A DNA stretch of 64,000 bases from Candidatus Latescibacterota bacterium (GTDB taxonomy: Bacteria > Latescibacterota > UBA2968 > UBA8231), in NCBI GenBank assembly GCA_965242865.1, contig CBDETK010000013.1, positions 896,001 through 960,000 on the forward strand, in the 5' to 3' direction. The position numbers and the translations under genes were made by a program. The notes under the pieces are model-generated. The model searched no databases. It was given only the letters and a program-made list of their open reading frames with translations, and had not been told where the DNA came from. Every line of letters starts with the position of its first letter. Position 1 is the first letter of the stretch. Below, one piece after another: positions 9,881 through 19,689 of this stretch.

Positions 9881-10900
9881 ATGAGTTTTTTATCGCGTCT
9901 CTTTTCTCATGAAATAGGCATAGATTTGGGCACCGCCAATACCTTGGTGTTTGTCAAAGGCAAGGGAATCGTCCTCAACGAGCCTTCGGTTGTCGCCCGC
10001 CAAGTCTCCACCCAAAAAGTCATTGCCGTCGGCGAAGAAGCCAAAGAGATGATGGGGCGTGAAAACGCCGGCATTCAAATAACTCGCCCCCTGAAGGACG
10101 GCGTCATCGCCGATTTTGAAGTTACCGAAGAGATGATTCGCAGTTTTATTCGCAAAATAAAAAAGAACAAACTTTTCGTGCGGCCCAAGATCGTGGTAGC
10201 GGTCCCGGCGGGTAGCACGGAAGTAGAAAAGCGGGCCGTGCGAAACTCCTGCGAGCGCGTGGGCGCTAGAGAAGTCCATCTGGTCAGCGAACCCATGGCC
10301 GCGGCCATCGGCATGGGCCTGCCCGTCGATCAAGCGGTCGGCTCCATGGTCATTGATATTGGTGGCGGGACGACCGAGGTCGCCGTAATCGCCCTTTCAG
10401 GGCTCGTCGAACACGAATCGCTGCGGGTGGCTGGGGCGGCTATGGATCAGGCTATTGTCGAGTGGATGCGCCGAAAGCACAACCTGCTCATTGGCATTCA
10501 GGGCGCCGAGGTCATCAAGTGGCAAATCGGCTCGGCGACGGAATTGAATACAGAAGAAACCATTCCGGTGCGCGGGCGCGACACCATAGCTGGGCTACCC
10601 AAAGTCTTGCAGGTGGATTCGGTTGAGATCCGCGAAGCCTTATCCGGTTCCGTGACCCAAATCGTCGCCAGCGTGCGCCGAGTGCTGGAGAGGATGCCCC
10701 CCGAATTGGCGGCGGATATCCTCGATAGAGGCATGGTGCTCTGCGGTGGGGGGAGCCTGCTGCGGGGATTGAAGGAACACCTGCTCAAGGCGACCAATTT
10801 GCCGACTTATATCGCCAGCGAAGACCCGCTCTCAGCCGTGGTGCGGGGCAACGCCCGCATTCTCGAAGAGTTCGATCACTACCGCCAGGTTTTGATCTAA
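9881..10900 (+). CDS. mreB: Rod shape-determining protein MreB
   Basis: IGIDLGTANT, RPLKDGVIADF, DIGGGTTE. Confidence 0.97.
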   Translation: MSFLSRLFSHEIGIDLGTANTLVFVKGKGIVLNEPSVVARQVSTQKVIAVGEEAKEMMGRENAGIQITRPLKDGVIADFEVTEEMIRSFIRKIKKNKLFVRPKIVVAVPAGSTEVEKRAVRNSCERVGAREVHLVSEPMAAAIGMGLPVDQAVGSMVIDIGGGTTEVAVIALSGLVEHESLRVAGAAMDQAIVEWMRRKHNLLIGIQGAEVIKWQIGSATELNTEETIPVRGRDTIAGLPKVLQVDSVEIREALSGSVTQIVASVRRVLERMPPELAADILDRGMVLCGGGSLLRGLKEHLLKATNLPTYIASEDPLSAVVRGNARILEEFDHYRQVLI

Positions 10901-10905
10901 TTGGC

Positions 10906-11667
10906 ATGGCCAATACTCGGGATCTGCTCGTCATTGGACTAGCCGTTGTCTGCGCCTTGCTCTTGATGAGCCTGCCTTTATCCTATAAGACCTATATCGC
11001 GGAGCGCTGCCAAGTCGGTTTATTGGTATCCGGTCAAGCCCTGTTTTCACGAGTTACCCGCCACGCCCACAACCAAGAAAAGAGCCGTTTTCTCCTGGCC
11101 CAGAACGCAGCCCTAGCGCTCGACAATATGCAGATGCAGGAGGCTGCATGGGAAAACATGCGCCTGCGCAAGGCCCTGTCTTTTCGGCCTATCAATAAAG
11201 GTACGAGCGTTATTTCTGCCGAGGTAATCGGCCGCGACCCCGACCACATTTACGACACGGTTGTCATCAACGCTGGCCGCGACCTCGGCGTACATAAGGA
11301 TATGCCCGTGGTGACGCCCGAAGGGCTCGTCGGGCACATTACCCAAGTTGGGGCCTCGGACTCGGTCGTGCAGCTATTAATGCGGACGCGGGTTAGTGCT
11401 TTGATCCAAGCGACGCGCGCCCAAGGCATTGTCTCGTGGACCGATGGCCAGTTCCGGTTGCGATTCGTCGAAGCGAGTAATTTGGTGCAGGAGGGCGATC
11501 TGGTCGTGTCGTCCGGGTTAGGCGGGCGCTACCCCAAGGGCATACCGATTGGCACGGTGGTGGAGGTAAATCAGGCGGAACGAGCCCCGGTCTTTTTGCT
11601 GGTCGTCCTCGAATCCGTCGTGGATTTCTCTACGCTCGAAGAGGTGTTCGTTCTTGGCAAATCTTGA
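10906..11667 (+). CDS. mreC: Rod shape-determining protein MreC
   Basis: N-terminal TM, coiled coil, SGLGGRYPKGIPIG; follows mreB. Confidence 0.93.
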   Translation: MANTRDLLVIGLAVVCALLLMSLPLSYKTYIAERCQVGLLVSGQALFSRVTRHAHNQEKSRFLLAQNAALALDNMQMQEAAWENMRLRKALSFRPINKGTSVISAEVIGRDPDHIYDTVVINAGRDLGVHKDMPVVTPEGLVGHITQVGASDSVVQLLMRTRVSALIQATRAQGIVSWTDGQFRLRFVEASNLVQEGDLVVSSGLGGRYPKGIPIGTVVEVNQAERAPVFLLVVLESVVDFSTLEEVFVLGKS

Positions 11668-11755
11668 CAGAGTATGCTCCGTTCCATATTCTTTAGAACT
11701 GTTTGCTGGCGTGAGAGTTAACAAATTTCAATCCACCCGAGTAGAGAGTGCAGTC

Positions 11756-12097
11756 TTGACGAAAGCTGATATTGTGCGTCTAATCGCCGAGGGGACAGGG
11801 CTTACCAAGTCGGATACCGCGGCGGTCGTCAATGGCCTTATTGAATCCGTAGTTGAGGCTTTAGAACGGGAAGACCACATTGAAATTCGCGGTTTCGGCA
11901 CCTTCAAAGTCGTTGAGCGGGCACCGCGCATAGGTCGCAATCCATGCACCGGGGCCGAAGTAAAAATCGCCGGTCGCAAGGCCCCGACATTTAAGCCCTC
12001 AAAAGAATTGCGAGGGCGCGTCAATGGGAAAACCATAGAGGACAAAGGTCCGGGAGATAAAAAAGATGCCCTGTGGCAGGAAGAGAAAGCGGCATAA
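11756..12097 (+). CDS. HU/IHF family DNA-binding protein
   Basis: TKADIV, IEIRGFGTF, GRNP, PTFKPSK; TTG start at 11756. Confidence 0.9.
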   Translation: MTKADIVRLIAEGTGLTKSDTAAVVNGLIESVVEALEREDHIEIRGFGTFKVVERAPRIGRNPCTGAEVKIAGRKAPTFKPSKELRGRVNGKTIEDKGPGDKKDALWQEEKAA

Positions 12098-12161
12098 GAT
12101 CGCTACGCACAAGCGCAAGAAGAGACTGCGCAAGAATCGGCACAAGAAGAAGAACATTTAG
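12066..12161 (+). CDS. Small basic protein, bS22/mS38 (AURKAIP1/COX24)-like
   Basis: MPCGRKRKRHKIATHKRKKRLRKNRHKKKNI with GGGAG upstream; below ORF-track cutoff. Confidence 0.8.
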   Translation: MPCGRKRKRHKIATHKRKKRLRKNRHKKKNI

Positions 12162-12174
12162 GCTAATAGGCTAA

Positions 12175-12251
12175 GGGCTAATAGCTCAGCTGGATAGAGC
12201 GCCGGTCTCCGGAACCGGAGGTCCCAGGTTCGAATCCTGGTTAGCTCACCA
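12175..12251 (+). tRNA. tRNA-Arg(CCG)
   Basis: Cloverleaf; anticodon arm CCGGT-CTCCGGA-ACCGG; GGTTCGAATCC; CCA end. Confidence 0.95.
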
Positions 12252-12282
12252 TTTTGTCGTCACAGTATGGTCGGATAATTGT

Positions 12283-12360
12283 CGGGGTGTGGCGCAGCCC
12301 GGCTAGCGCGCTTCCTTGGGGTGGAAGAGGTCGCTGGTTCAAATCCAGTCACCCCGACCA
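12283..12360 (+). tRNA. tRNA-Pro(GGG)
   Basis: CGGGGTG acceptor; CTTCC-TTGGGGT-GGAAG; CCA end. Confidence 0.95.
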
Positions 12361-12397
12361 TTTTTTATTGTATCGTCTGTTTGTCCATATCGGGTAT

Positions 12398-12475
12398 CGG
12401 GGTGTAGCGCAGCCCGGCTAGCGCACCTGCTTCGGGAGCAGGGGGTCGCCGGTTCAAATCCGGCCACCCCGACCA
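12398..12475 (+). tRNA. tRNA-Pro(CGG)
   Basis: CCTGC-TTCGGGA-GCAGG; GGTTCAAATCC; CCA end. Confidence 0.95.
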
Positions 12476-12477
12476 TG

Positions 12478-12521
12478 ATTAAGTCCCTGTGAGATTTTTA
12501 CTTACAGGGACTTAATTTTTT
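12478..12521 (+). terminator. Intrinsic terminator after tRNA cluster
   Basis: ATTAAGTCCCTGT...ACAGGGACTTAAT followed by a T run. Confidence 0.85.
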
Positions 12522-12537
12522 GCGATTGATATGAGGT

Positions 12538-13629
12538 ATGGCTCTCTCCATCGGCATAATTGGCTTACCCAACGTAGGCAAATCAACGCTCTTCAACGCG
12601 CTAACGGGCGATGGGGCCGAGGTATCTAATTACCCGTTTTGCACCGTGTCTCCCAATGTGGGTACAGTCGACGTCCCCGACCCGCGCTTGGAGCGGCTAA
12701 GCGAGGTTATTCAGCCCCAATCCACGACGCCGACGAGCATCCACTTTGTCGATATTGCCGGGCTGGTGCGAGGCGCGCACCAAGGTGCTGGGTTGGGCAA
12801 TCAATTTCTCGCCCACATTAGAGACGTCGATGCCTTGGTCCACGTGGTGCGCTGTTTTGACGACGCGCAGGTAAGCCATGTCGATGGGGCGATCGACCCC
12901 TTGCGCGATATTGAGACCATTGAAACGGAGTTGCTGCTCGCTGATTTGGCGGTCATGGAAAAGGCCGTGCCTTATCTAGATAAAGTGGTCCGCTCTGAGC
13001 CGCGGAGTACGCGGACGCACGAGTTGGCGGCCGGCGTCAAGGTCTTAGAGGGGTTGCAACGCGGAACGAGCGCGGCGGCACTGGGATTGACTAAAGAAGA
13101 ACGGGACGCGCTCGCTCCGCATCGCTTGCTGACGGCAAGGCCGGTACTGTACGCGGCCAATGTCGGGGAAGCAGAGGCCGATGCGCCGGGCCCATGGGTG
13201 GCCCGACTGGTCGAGCGCTATGGAGCGGAGCAAGTGCTGGTCGTCTCGGCACCGCTCCAAGCGGAGATGGCCGGTCTAAGCCGAGCGGAGAGAGCGGCGT
13301 TCATGCGGGAATTGGGGCTGGAGCACGGGGGCGTTGAGGGCTTAGTCCAAGCCGGATACACGTTGCTGAATCTGATTACCTTCTACACGCTCGCCAACGG
13401 CAAGCTGCAGGCTTGGCAGTTGCCGCGTGGGGAAAAGGCACCGCGAGCGGCCGGGCGGATTCACTCGGACATGGAAACGGGGTTTATCCGCGCCGAACTG
13501 GCCTCTTGTGACCAACTGCTCGCGATGGGGGGGTGGGCACCGCTAAAGGCGGCGGGGCAATTGCGGAGCGAAGGCCGGGATTACACCGTCGCCGATGGAG
13601 ACGTCATCACCTTCCTTTTTAAGATTTGA
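12538..13629 (+). CDS. ychF: Redox-regulated ATPase YchF
   Basis: [27 protein letters not shown]. Confidence 0.96.
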   Translation: MALSIGIIGLPNVGKSTLFNALTGDGAEVSNYPFCTVSPNVGTVDVPDPRLERLSEVIQPQSTTPTSIHFVDIAGLVRGAHQGAGLGNQFLAHIRDVDALVHVVRCFDDAQVSHVDGAIDPLRDIETIETELLLADLAVMEKAVPYLDKVVRSEPRSTRTHELAAGVKVLEGLQRGTSAAALGLTKEERDALAPHRLLTARPVLYAANVGEAEADAPGPWVARLVERYGAEQVLVVSAPLQAEMAGLSRAERAAFMRELGLEHGGVEGLVQAGYTLLNLITFYTLANGKLQAWQLPRGEKAPRAAGRIHSDMETGFIRAELASCDQLLAMGGWAPLKAAGQLRSEGRDYTVADGDVITFLFKI

Positions 13630-13724
13630 GGCTTGGAAGACTCAGTACAGTGGCGTTGCTCGGTTCGGTCGCCTATCTTCTGCTGTCTAACACCCAGACC
13701 AATCCCCGGCGGCTGGATGGCTGT

Positions 13725-14555
13725 ATGATAATTTGGCTAAAAATCGCCTTGGCAATGGCCCTGCTCGGCTGTGCTGTATGGTATCTCAAACCGGACGAGC
13801 TCCTCGCGGCCGCAGGACAGGTGGGTAGGGACAAGGTGCTCGTCTGCGGGGCGATTGCCCTAGTGGGCATCGGCGTCCAGTGGATTAAGTGGCAGTTGTT
13901 GTTGCGCCCCCAAATTCCCGAGGCCAATGGGCGCGATGCCCTCTATTCGCTGCTGGGCGGCGCAGCCCTCGGTCTGGTGACGCCCAGCCGCTTAGGCGAG
14001 CTCGGGCGCGGCGTTTTCTTAGGGCGGAGCCGCACCAAGGCGGCGTTGCTGACGGCGGTGGACAAGGTGAGCTCGGCCACCGTCACGTTGGGGTTGGGGG
14101 CTGCCGCCGCTTGGGTTTTATGGCCTCATCTCAGGGGCTTTTTGCTGTTGCTGGTCTGCATCCTCGGCGCGCTGCTGTATTGGGGTTGGTGTCGCCGGCG
14201 TGCGGGCGGGCCGATTGCCTGGCCCCTCATCGCCGGTTTATCCGTCTTGTTCAACGGGGTATTCATGGCGCAATTTCTCTATTTGGTCTCCGCTGGTGTA
14301 GGCACTGACGCTGCGGTCGTGTTGGCGGTGCCGGTGGTGTTTGCCCTAAAAACCCTGTTGCCCTTGGGGTTTTTGGACCTCGGAGTCCGCGAGGCCGCGG
14401 CCGTCTTGGTGTTTAGCAGCCTCGGCCTAGAGCCGCAACCTGCTTTTGTGGCCAGCCTCTTGATTTTTGCCTGCAATGTGTGTTTACCGGCTGGCTTGGG
14501 CTGGCTGTGGATTGGCAGCCGTCGACTGCGGACGACGGAAAAGGGTGCCTTATGA
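13725..14555 (+). CDS. Lysylphosphatidylglycerol synthase TM-region (flippase-like) membrane protein
   Basis: TPSRLGELGR and LGVREA motifs; multi-TM. Confidence 0.75.
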   Translation: MIIWLKIALAMALLGCAVWYLKPDELLAAAGQVGRDKVLVCGAIALVGIGVQWIKWQLLLRPQIPEANGRDALYSLLGGAALGLVTPSRLGELGRGVFLGRSRTKAALLTAVDKVSSATVTLGLGAAAAWVLWPHLRGFLLLLVCILGALLYWGWCRRRAGGPIAWPLIAGLSVLFNGVFMAQFLYLVSAGVGTDAAVVLAVPVVFALKTLLPLGFLDLGVREAAAVLVFSSLGLEPQPAFVASLLIFACNVCLPAGLGWLWIGSRRLRTTEKGAL

Positions 14556-15274
14556 ATTCGGCATATTTAATAAAAAAGGAAATATGCGAAGTAGGGCACC
14601 GGGTCTATCAGCGCGGGTACGTAGCGGCCAACGACGGCAACATCAGCGTCCGCCTAGAGGACGACCGAGTGCTGTGTACGCCAACGGGCGTGAGCAAGGG
14701 CTATCTGAGCGCCGACATGCTGGCGACCTGCGACATGGAGGGTGAACAAGTAGCGGGGGCGCTGAAAATATCGTCGGAAATCCGCATGCACCTCGAAATC
14801 TACAAGTTGCGGCCCGATGTCCGCGCAGTCGTCCACGCGCATCCGCCGACCGCGACCGGGTTTGCCGTCGCGGGTATTCAACTGACCCAGTGCGTATTGC
14901 CCGAGGTTATCGTCAGCCTCGGGGGCATTCCACTGGCCGACTACGGCACGCCCGGCGGCCCGGACATCGTCGAGCCGATGAAGCCGCTTTTGCGGCAATA
15001 CGACGCCGTTCTAATGGCCAATCACGGGGTCGTAACCGTGGGCCACCACGTCATGGACGCCCATTTCAAGATGGAGACCGTTGAACACTTTGCCCAAATC
15101 GCCTTGGTGGCGCACCAACTCGGGGGGATGCGCACGCTGGAGGGCAAAGACGTGGAAGATCTCGCGAATCTGCGGCAGCGCTTTGGAATTGGGGATCGAC
15201 CGTCCTGCGAGCCGGCAGCAGAGAGCACACTGGTCGAGCGGATTACCGAGGAAGTCCTGCGCCAACTGCGCTAG
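14552..15274 (+). CDS. Class II aldolase/adducin family protein
   Basis: DGNISVR, SSEIRMH, VVHAHPP, NHG. Confidence 0.92.
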   Translation: MNSAYLIKKEICEVGHRVYQRGYVAANDGNISVRLEDDRVLCTPTGVSKGYLSADMLATCDMEGEQVAGALKISSEIRMHLEIYKLRPDVRAVVHAHPPTATGFAVAGIQLTQCVLPEVIVSLGGIPLADYGTPGGPDIVEPMKPLLRQYDAVLMANHGVVTVGHHVMDAHFKMETVEHFAQIALVAHQLGGMRTLEGKDVEDLANLRQRFGIGDRPSCEPAAESTLVERITEEVLRQLR

Positions 15275-15286
15275 TGCTGAGGGAGT

Positions 15287-16267
15287 ATGATATTTATAGG
15301 ACTGATTGCCGCGGTCATAGCGCTAGCAACTCCCGCGAGCGGCCAAGCCATCGTCGAGGCGATCCAGCGCGGAGACTCCCTGTCGGCGCAGGGCCAGCTT
15401 AAACAGGCCCTCGCCGAATACGAAAAGGCCCGCGCACTAGGGGCCGGCGGCGCGGTGTTTCTCAATCGCTTGGCCAGCCTTTACATGCAGACCGGCGGCT
15501 ATAAGCAGGCGGTCGAATCGCTGCAAACCTCGCTCGTGCCGGTTTACTCGGCGTTGGGGGAAGCCTTTTTGGCCATGGGCCAGCTCGATTCGTCCATTTT
15601 TTACGTCGAACGAGCGAGCATTTTGGCCCCGTCCGCAACCAAAATCCACAGCACCCTCGGGTATCTCTACATGCAGGCCGGGCAGAGCGAAAGGGCGCGC
15701 CACCGCCTCGACCGGGCCTTGGCATTGGACGGCAAAAACTCGGAAGCCTATCGCCTCTATGGGTATTACTACGCGCAACAGGACTCGGTCGACCGAGCCA
15801 TTGAATCCTATCAGAAGCTGGCGGAGTTGGCGCCGGAAAACGTCGAAGCCTACAACAACATCGCGTTTCTCCTCGCCGGCGCCGAGCGCTATCCCGAAGC
15901 GCTTGACTACTACAAACGGGCTAAAGAGCGGACGCAAGACCCGTACCTAGCCGAGGCGATCGCGGCCAAGGTCGAAGAGGTGCAGGCGATCCTAGCCGGT
16001 GAGATGCGGGCGCGCTACATCTTGGTCGAAACCGAAGCGTCCGCTCGTGCAGTGCTCGAAAAAATGGCTCGAGGAGCCGATTTTTCCCAGCTAGCGCAGC
16101 AGCTTTCCATCGCCCCCAACGCCCGTCAAGGGGGGGATTTGGGGTTTTTTGGGCCGGGTGAACTCATGCCCGAAATTGAGGAAGTGGTGGTCAAACTGAA
16201 GGTGGGGGAGCTGAGCCCGGTCGTGGAAATCCAAATGGGGTACATCGTAGTACAGCGATTGAACTAA
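15287..16267 (+). CDS. Secreted TPR protein with C-terminal parvulin-type PPIase domain
   Basis: Signal peptide, TPR repeats, GADFSQLA...GGDLGFF. Confidence 0.85.
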   Translation: MIFIGLIAAVIALATPASGQAIVEAIQRGDSLSAQGQLKQALAEYEKARALGAGGAVFLNRLASLYMQTGGYKQAVESLQTSLVPVYSALGEAFLAMGQLDSSIFYVERASILAPSATKIHSTLGYLYMQAGQSERARHRLDRALALDGKNSEAYRLYGYYYAQQDSVDRAIESYQKLAELAPENVEAYNNIAFLLAGAERYPEALDYYKRAKERTQDPYLAEAIAAKVEEVQAILAGEMRARYILVETEASARAVLEKMARGADFSQLAQQLSIAPNARQGGDLGFFGPGELMPEIEEVVVKLKVGELSPVVEIQMGYIVVQRLN

Positions 16268-16304
16268 AGCAAGGCGCGGCCCCACCCCAACAGAGCGAAT
16301 TGGC

Positions 16305-17663
16305 ATGCCCCATTCCTATACTACTTGGTTCCAGTGTCTCAAGTGCGACGACGAGCACTATCCCCTAAACGAAATAGTCTATGACTGTCAAAAGTGTGGG
16401 GGCCTGCTCGAAGTGCGCCACGATATGGAAGCCTTACAGCGGCGGTCGGGCGGCGAGTGGCGGACGCTGTTTGATCAGCGCTACATGAGTTCGGTGCATC
16501 CCTACGGGAGCTCGGTTTGGGGCAAGAAAGAGATCGTGTGCCCCCTCGTCGAAGACGAGAACGTGGTCTCCATGTACGAGGGAGGGAGCAATTTGCTCTG
16601 GGCCGAGCGGTTGGGGGCCGAGCTGGGCATGGAGGATTTGTGGATAAAGCAGTGCGGCAATAGCCACACCGGTTCGTTCAAGGACTTGGGCATGACGGTC
16701 TTGGTTTCCATGGTCAACCAGATGATTGCCGAAGGCCAGCGCATCCCCGCGGTCGCCTGTGCCTCAACCGGCGACACCTCGGCCGCGTTGGCCGCGTATT
16801 GCGCGGCGGCTGGCATCCCGGCCATCGTCTTATTGCCCAAAGACATGATCTCCACCGCCCAGCTCATCCAGCCCATAGCCAACGGCGCGTTGACGCTGGC
16901 CTTGCGCACGGATTTCGATGGGTGCATGGCTTTGGTGCAGGAAATCTGCCGCCGCGACCAAATTTATCTGGCCAACTCCATGAATTCGCTCCGCATTGAG
17001 GGGCAAAAGACCATAGCCATTGAGTTATTACAGCAGTTTCACTGGGAGGTCCCCGATTGGGTCATCATCCCCGGCGGCAATCTGGGCAATGTCAGCGCCT
17101 TGGGGAAGGGGTTTATCGAGGGCCAGCAGATGGGGCTTATCGACAAGCTGCCGCGCCTTGCCGTCGCCCAAGCCGCGCAGGCCAACCCGCTCTATCGCAG
17201 CTATCTCGACCGGTTCCGCACCTTTGAGCCGCAAACGGCCGGCGACACATTGGCCAGCGCCATAAAGATCGGCAACCCGGTAAGCCGGGAGCGGGCCATT
17301 CGCACCCTGCAGCGCTTTGACGGCATCGTCGAGGTGGCCACGGAAGACGAATTGGCCAACGCTTGTGCAAGGGCTGACCGCAATGGGCTGTTCACCTGTC
17401 CCCACACGGGCGTTGCCCTAGCCGCGCTAGACAAAATGATCGCGGCCGGGCACATCGAGCCGCACAGCCGAGTGATCGTACTATCTACGGCGCACGGGCT
17501 GAAGTTTCCAGATTTCAAAGTGAAATACCACGAAGACCAATTGCGGGAGTTCCACGTCGAGCCGAGGTATCGCAATGAGCCGGTTGAAGTTGAAGCCGAA
17601 TACGAAGCAGTGCATCGGGCTGTCCTCGAGGCCGTTGAGCAGCGGCCGCCCGCTTCCGCTTGA
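16305..17663 (+). CDS. thrC: Threonine synthase (plant-like type)
   Basis: HTGSFKDLGM PLP lysine, CASTGDTSA, PGGNLGN, STAHGLKF. Confidence 0.95.
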   Translation: MPHSYTTWFQCLKCDDEHYPLNEIVYDCQKCGGLLEVRHDMEALQRRSGGEWRTLFDQRYMSSVHPYGSSVWGKKEIVCPLVEDENVVSMYEGGSNLLWAERLGAELGMEDLWIKQCGNSHTGSFKDLGMTVLVSMVNQMIAEGQRIPAVACASTGDTSAALAAYCAAAGIPAIVLLPKDMISTAQLIQPIANGALTLALRTDFDGCMALVQEICRRDQIYLANSMNSLRIEGQKTIAIELLQQFHWEVPDWVIIPGGNLGNVSALGKGFIEGQQMGLIDKLPRLAVAQAAQANPLYRSYLDRFRTFEPQTAGDTLASAIKIGNPVSRERAIRTLQRFDGIVEVATEDELANACARADRNGLFTCPHTGVALAALDKMIAAGHIEPHSRVIVLSTAHGLKFPDFKVKYHEDQLREFHVEPRYRNEPVEVEAEYEAVHRAVLEAVEQRPPASA

Positions 17664-17675
17664 AAGAGCCAATCA

Positions 17676-18863
17676 ATGAACCGCACCGACGATGGTTTTG
17701 TAGGAGAGTCCACTCGTTCCGTCCACCAGGGCGTGGAACGCGATAAGTTCGCCCAGTCGCTCATCGACCCCATTGCCCAGACCGCCACCTTCACCTTTGC
17801 CGATCTAGATGAATTTGCCGCCTTTAAGGCCGGCGAAAAGGTGCTCTACGAATACGGGCGCTATGGCAATCCGACCCAGCGGGCGGCCGAGCGCAAAATA
17901 GCGGCCTTGGAAAACGCCGCGGCCGCTTTGCTCTTTTCCTCGGGCATGAGCGCGATCACCTCGGTGCTCTATGCCATGTTGCGCCATGGGCAACACTTGG
18001 TGCTCATGGAGGATTGCTATCGCATGACGGCCAAGTTCTGCGAGGTCTTGGCCAAATTCGGCGTTGAATCGACCCTAGTTAAACCCGGGGATATGGAGGC
18101 GTTGGCCGCGGCCGTGCGCCCAGAGACCCGCTTGATCTTTACGGAGTCGCCGACCAATCCCCACCTGCACGTCCTCGACTTGGACCAGCTCGTCGCCTTT
18201 GCCAAACGCCGGCGGCTCAAGGTCATCATCGACAGTACCTTGGCCACGCCCGTTAATCAGAGGCCGCTCGATTTCGGGGTCGATCTGGTCATCCACAGCG
18301 CCACCAAGTACCTCGGCGGGCACAACGATCTGATGGCGGGAGCGGTCTGCGGCCGCGCTCCTTTAGTTGAGGCCATTGGCGAATACCAGCGGATCACCGG
18401 CGGAATCATCGACCCGAATACCTCGTATTTGTTGATCCGCGGGTTAAAGACCCTGGCCTTGCGCGTTGAGCGGCAAAACGATACAGCCCTGACCGTGGCC
18501 CGGTTCCTAGCCGGGCATCCCAAAATCCGGGCGGTCTTTTACCCGGGCCTCGAAAGCCACGTCGATCATTGCGTCGCCAAAGCGCAAATGCGCGGGTTTG
18601 GCGGGTTGGTCAGCTTTGAGATTGACGGAACCCTCGAGCAGACGCGGAATTTTATCCATCGGCTGGCCGTGCCGTACATCGCGCCGAGCTTGGGCGGGGT
18701 CGAGACCTTGGTCTCGCATCCGGCCACTGTTTCCTACTACGATTTGAGCCGGAAGGAGCGGCTGGCCATTGGCATCACCGACCAGTTGGTGCGCTATGCC
18801 GTGGGCATTGAGGACGCGGCCGAGCTGGTCGGCGATCTAGAGCAGGCGCTTGAGAAGGTGTAA
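17676..18863 (+). CDS. metB: Cystathionine gamma-synthase family PLP enzyme
   Basis: EYGRYGNP, ESPTNP, HSATKYLGGHND. Confidence 0.82.
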   Translation: MNRTDDGFVGESTRSVHQGVERDKFAQSLIDPIAQTATFTFADLDEFAAFKAGEKVLYEYGRYGNPTQRAAERKIAALENAAAALLFSSGMSAITSVLYAMLRHGQHLVLMEDCYRMTAKFCEVLAKFGVESTLVKPGDMEALAAAVRPETRLIFTESPTNPHLHVLDLDQLVAFAKRRRLKVIIDSTLATPVNQRPLDFGVDLVIHSATKYLGGHNDLMAGAVCGRAPLVEAIGEYQRITGGIIDPNTSYLLIRGLKTLALRVERQNDTALTVARFLAGHPKIRAVFYPGLESHVDHCVAKAQMRGFGGLVSFEIDGTLEQTRNFIHRLAVPYIAPSLGGVETLVSHPATVSYYDLSRKERLAIGITDQLVRYAVGIEDAAELVGDLEQALEKV

Positions 18864-18867
18864 GAGG

Positions 18868-19296
18868 TCAGAAGTTCAAGTCGGCCAAGAGCGCGGTCCA
18901 AGGCAGGGACGCGACGCGGCGGTACAGGTCGCTGTCGCTGGTCACGGCTTGGCAGCGGAGCTGGGCCCCCAAGGCAATAAAGCCCGCCGCGTACATGCTA
19001 ATGGAATGCTCAAAGGCGATTTGCGCGGCTCGGCGGATAATTTCGGGGTTGTAGGGCACGATATCCAAGTGCATGTACTCCAAGCTGGCCAACGCATCGT
19101 CTATATGGGTGCGATCGAATTGGCGGCTTTCCTTGAGGACGTGGGCTAGCTCGTAGATAGATTGGTCGAGCACGGTGAGTTCAACGCGCTCGGCTAGCTG
19201 TTCTTGGCGAAGCCCCAGGGCCTTGTGGGAGTCCACATCGTGGGCTGGAGAAAACCACCTCAGCATAACCGAGGTATCGAGCGCGTAGCGAATCAC
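18868..19296 (-). CDS. vapC: PIN-domain toxin (VapC family)
   Basis: ALDTSV N-terminus, conserved E, VTSD; paired with RHH gene. Confidence 0.8.
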   Translation of the reverse strand: MIRYALDTSVMLRWFSPAHDVDSHKALGLRQEQLAERVELTVLDQSIYELAHVLKESRQFDRTHIDDALASLEYMHLDIVPYNPEIIRRAAQIAFEHSISMYAAGFIALGAQLRCQAVTSDSDLYRRVASLPWTALLADLNF

Positions 19297-19299
19297 GAA

Positions 19300-19557
19300 T
19301 CACGGCCCTCGCCGCTCCGCGCGCAGAACTTGGAGCGGATCCCAAGGCAGGGCCTTTTGGCGCAAGCTGTCTTGGAGCGTCATCCCGTGTTCAATCGCGG
19401 CCTGTTTGCGCTGGTTCTCATATACTGCTTCCCGTTGTTGGCAGTACGCCATAAAGGCCAAACGCAGGAGCTTGCTGCGGCTTACGCCCTCCTGCTGGGC
19501 CACTTGATCGATGCGCTCGAGCAAATCGTCCGGCAGCATGATGTTTACGCGCGCCAT
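19300..19557 (-). CDS. Ribbon-helix-helix (CopG-like) antitoxin
   Basis: MARVNIMLPDDLLERIDQVAQQEGVSRSKLLR; AGGAAAGGGG upstream. Confidence 0.82.
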   Translation of the reverse strand: MARVNIMLPDDLLERIDQVAQQEGVSRSKLLRLAFMAYCQQREAVYENQRKQAAIEHGMTLQDSLRQKALPWDPLQVLRAERRGP

Positions 19558-19689
19558 AACCCCTTTCCTTTTGTTTGTTGCCTGAAGCGGGCGTAAAATG
19601 GCCAAATTAGTTTTGCCGCAACCGGCTGTCAAGGCGGCCCTCTTGCCTTAGTTTGGGTCGGTCTTTAATGTTACAATTAAGAGTAAGGC

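Noticed and set aside
9881-11667. mreBC without mreD/pbp2/rodA as gene loss
   Set aside because: The genes may lie elsewhere; cannot be judged from this window.
12175-12475. tRNA genes as island integration sites (also tRNA-Gly 49910-49984)
   Set aside because: No duplicated tRNA 3' ends or adjacent integrase seen; flanks are housekeeping genes.
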